Shown: piece after piece, positions 63,434 to 64,000 of the stretch
Layout of the letters: every line of letters begins with the position of its first letter
How positions within the stretch are numbered: position 1 is the stretch's first letter
NCBI GenBank assembly: GCA_963814585.1
Contig: CAWFDF010000012.1
Span: 320,001 to 384,000 of the forward strand
Direction: 5' to 3'
Length of the DNA: 64,000 nt
DNA from: an uncultured delta proteobacterium
Lineage (GTDB): Bacteria; Myxococcota; Myxococcia; Myxococcales; Anaeromyxobacteraceae
Notes under the pieces: generated by a model
What the model was told of the DNA's origin: nothing
Databases searched by the model: none
What the model saw: the letters and a program-made list of their open reading frames with translations, nothing else
Translations under genes and position numbers: made by a program

Positions 63434-64000
63434 GCCCGCTCCCGCCGCCACTCCAGGTGGATGCAGGCCGGCAGCGCGAAGGGCTCCGAGACCTTCCAGC
63501 GGAACTGCTCCGGCCCGGGCGACTCCAGGCCGGAGCGCAGCCAGAAGTCGAGGCACGGCTTGTTCTTCTTGGTGGGCAGCAGCCGCGCCTCCAGGCTGGT
63601 GGCGCCGCCGCTCCGCGCCGTCTCCACGGCCAGGTGGACCATGGCCTCCTCGACCCGGCGGCCCATGACGCGGCAGGAGAGGACGTAGTCGACCACCCGG
63701 GCCGTGGCGCCGGACACCTCGACGCTGACGATGCCGGTCAGGCCGGCGTCGCCGAAGCGGTCGGCCACGCTCACCGCCCAGAGCGACCGGCCCGGCGCCG
63801 CGGCCCAGGCCACCAGCTCGGGCTCGGTGAGCCGGCGGGTGGCCAGGTTCATCTGGTTGGTCTTGTTGAGGAGCTGGGCGGTGCGCGCCAGGTTGCCGGG
63901 GCCGAGGGGCTCGACGGTGACGCGGATGTCGAGCTTCTCCAGCCAGTCGTCCATCGAGCCGACCTGGTCCATCAGCGTCTGGCGGGCCCGCTCCGAGGCG
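63430..64000 (-). CDS. FkbH-like (HAD-IIIC) protein, C-terminal part (5' end beyond the window)
   Basis: RTAQLLNKTNQMNLATRR, DRFGDAG, LSCRVMGRRVE, PTKKN. Confidence 0.9.
   Translation of the reverse strand, partial: ASERARQTLMDQVGSMDDWLEKLDIRVTVEPLGPGNLARTAQLLNKTNQMNLATRRLTEPELVAWAAAPGRSLWAVSVADRFGDAGLTGIVSVEVSGATARVVDYVLSCRVMGRRVEEAMVHLAVETARSGGATSLEARLLPTKKNKPCLDFWLRSGLESPGPEQFRWKVSEPFALPACIHLEWRRERA

Overview
Very GC-rich chromosomal window from a myxobacterium, most likely Anaeromyxobacter-like. This is inferred from the bactofilin-PadC locus, a MYXO-CTERM protein and the gene order. Most of it is core genome: recN, NAD kinase, rarA, fabI, a DEAD-box helicase, liv ABC transporter, tRNA-Gly/pgsA, nadB, pyrE, uppS-cdsA-dxr-rseP-tsaB, aspartokinase, rpoZ, groES/groEL. 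The best candidate for an undescribed system is a four-gene minus-strand operon at 48842-55262. It encodes an ATP-grasp ligase, a TPR/beta-barrel outer-membrane protein, a TPR-3TM-PIG-L de-N-acetylase whose catalytic domain is predicted cytoplasmic, and a processive GT2 synthase fused to a glycoside-hydrolase-like domain. Together these suggest a secreted amino-sugar polymer whose precursor is deacetylated and re-acylated. Other points: (1) a decaying islet beside tRNA-Gly with intact mntA, nonsense-inactivated hepT, a higA fragment, a duplicated hepT 5' end and an S1 protease; (2) two probable pseudo-enzymes (Asd-like without the catalytic Cys, lysophospholipase-like without the catalytic Ser); (3) two sigma54 promoters, one before an unannotated 49-aa ORF; (4) a DnaD-like/DnaC-like pair; (5) an FkbH plus acyltransferase-ACP module at the right edge. 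Seven genes carry 1-nt frameshifts that look like sequencing or assembly errors. All calls come from motifs read by eye; no searches were run.
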